A DNA stretch of 64,000 nt, taken from positions 2,542,001-2,606,000 of the forward strand of contig MU058221.1 in NCBI GenBank assembly GCA_013265495.1, written 5' to 3'. Within the stretch, counting starts at the first letter, position 1. Each line of letters starts with the position of its first letter. This DNA comes from Vicugna vicugna (Eukaryota). Both the position numbers and the translations under genes were made by a program. Positions 62,106 to 64,000 of the stretch are shown in pieces. The notes under the pieces are model-generated. The model had not been told where the DNA came from. It searched no databases and worked only from the letters and a program-made list of their open reading frames with translations.

Positions 62106-62637
62106 TTGCAAATTTGTAAAGCTCTCTGTGCTTTAGTAAGATCAGCCGCCTCCTTTATTTCCGCGTCCCTTGTACCTAGCAGCCATATTTTGCTGTCTCC
62201 ATGTAGATGTGACGATGGCAGGAAAAGTGCGGAAGCCGCTTTAACTCTCTTCCCCTTTGGGCAGGGACTTTTTCTGAAATGACCTAGCAGGCTGTGTCTC
62301 TTCTGTGTTGTGCGATTTCTCGAGCGGTACGGCTTTCCTCTTTGAATTCAGTGGATTGGTTTAGAAGCCTATGTTTTTCAAACAGAGTGGCTAATTCATT
62401 GGGAATGAAGCAGATTTGCCTTAACTGAGAATCCTTGGTCCTACTTCAGGTTTACCACCAGCAAATTGTTGCAAAACTTGTCCCAAAGTTAGGCTGATCC
62501 ACAGAATTTCGTGGAAATCTGAAAGCGCAGGATCTTGGGTATTTAATTGGAAAGATTTTGATTAACAAAATCAAATTTGTATTTCCAGAGCTTGTCTATA
62601 ATTTTGAAAATGCTTATTAAAAATGCAGATTTCCTGA

Positions 62638-62878
62638 GAGCTTGGGATTTGCAGGTACTCACTACTATATATAAAACAGATAAACAGCAAGGTCGTCCTG
62701 TCTAGCACAGGGAACTATAGTCACTATCTTGTAATGGCCTATAATGAAAAAGAATAGGAAAAGGAATATATATGTGTGTGTAACTGAATCACTGTGCTGT
62801 ACAGCAGAAATTAGCACCACTTGTAAGCTAACTATACCTCAATAAAAACAATAAAAATAATTTTAAAAATTTTTAAAA
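62638..62878 (+). mobile_element. Short L1 3' end
   Basis: gggatttgcaggtac...actactatatataaaacagataaacagcaagg...ctgaatcactgtgctgtaca...aataaaaacaataaaaa. Confidence 0.92.
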
Positions 62879-63099
62879 GGGAATCAGGCTAAAAAAGACC
62901 TTCCAACTTACTCCAGAACTACGGAATGGAATTTCTCGGTCGAGGGACCCAGGGATCTTCATTTGTAACAATTACCTCCCATTGACAGCTTCCAGCCTGG
63001 ACTCATTGAGCCGAAGGCTCTCCTGGGTACCTGCTCGCTTCCAGCCACCATTTACCATCATTTCGCCGGCCACCCCCGGGGACTCAGTTCACCTGAAAG

Positions 63100-63830
63100 C
63101 CCCCGTCAGCAGCCTGTCACCACAGCCCTGCAGTGTCAGGGACGTGGGCTTGGGAGCAAGATGCAGCGCCCCCGGTTCTGCGAGCAGGCAGGGGCGAGCG
63201 ACTGGGAAGCCCTCTCGGCCGCCACGCCAGGCCTCCGAGGAGGTCAGGAGCCTGGGATGGAGGTGGAGCCTCGCCCGGGACGTTCTCAGCTTTGACGCTT
63301 CACCCGCCTTCCTCTGCGGGCGAGGACTTCGCATCGTCGGGAGGATCCGGGGCAGCGGGGGTGCGCACACAGCCGAGGACGCGCGAGACGCTGGGGTTGC
63401 GGTCCAGGCAAGGATTTTGGCTGCGTGGACGTCCTTTCGGTTCTGTTTTCCGACGGCTGGTCTGGAGAGAATGCGATGCGCTTCGCAGAGCGCCAGGCCG
63501 ACCTCGCGGGCTTCCCGGTGGGGTCGGCACCGGTCCCGGCGCCTGGCCGGCCGTGCGCGGCGCGCGCTGCGGGGAGCGAGGCGTCATTTTGAGAACCTGG
63601 TAATTCTTGACAAATCAGCGCAGCAGATGGTGTGGACGGGAGCCACGTGGTGAGGAGTATCTGGGACGATGTGGGACGTGTTCTAGGGTTTCGGCCTGCT
63701 TTCCAGTTTTGTTTTTAATGGTACAAAACTGCTGTTTGCCTCATGAAGTGGTCGTGGGCTCCCTTGGTGATGCCTACGGCCAGTCAGAACTTGGGCACGA
63801 GCTGGTCACACGGCCCCCGGTGTCCGCCTG
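63100..63830. promoter_or_regulatory. CpG island (promoter-like or orphan)
   Basis: High CpG density, core gccggccgtgcgcggcgcgcgctgcgg at ~63545-63575. Confidence 0.7.
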
Positions 63831-63913
63831 CCCCTTCCCCATAAGGATGCTCACCCTCGCTGCTCACGCAGGCGCCTCTGGTCAGTGTGGCCCGCTGTTG
63901 CCTGTAGTGGCGC

Positions 63914-63955
63914 GTCTCTTAAACTTCTCTTTGTCTCTTAAACTTCTCTTTGTCT
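63914..63955. repeat. 19-bp tandem duplication (GTCTCTTAAACTTCTCTTT x2)
   Basis: Directly visible. Confidence 0.9.
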
Positions 63956-64000
63956 TTCGTGAGTTCTTTTCCCACCCACGCCCCCGGCCCAACACCCGTG

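Noticed and set aside
62982..63653. 223-aa ORF and overlapping ORFs
   Set aside because: Non-ATG start and Arg/Ala/Gly/Pro-rich; the expected artefact of stop-codon scarcity in a CpG island.

Overview
Eukaryotic (mammalian) non-coding DNA, most likely from a camelid, because it carries at least 8 copies of a tRNA-Ala-derived SINE matching the Vic-1 type. No intact protein-coding exon was recognised. The ORF track consists of chance ORFs and L1 remnants. The left end holds a CpG-island promoter (~8.36-9.35 kb) with two RFX X-box motifs. Downstream on the minus strand lie four canonical exon-like segments that splice into a frame broken by stops: a candidate decayed (unitary pseudogene-like) ciliary/testis gene or lncRNA, which I cannot name. 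Two ~235-bp copies of an unrecognised hairpin-rich element with 10-bp terminal inverted repeats flank one of these exons. The remaining ~54 kb looks like a gene desert: many L1/L2/MIR/hAT/ERV relics (several nested), a dense solo-LTR cluster at 56-62 kb, repeat-free blocks rich in homeodomain/FOX/TALE motifs that resemble developmental enhancers, and a second CpG island at ~63.1-63.8 kb. Repeat family names are recalled by eye and not from a database search; boundaries are approximate.
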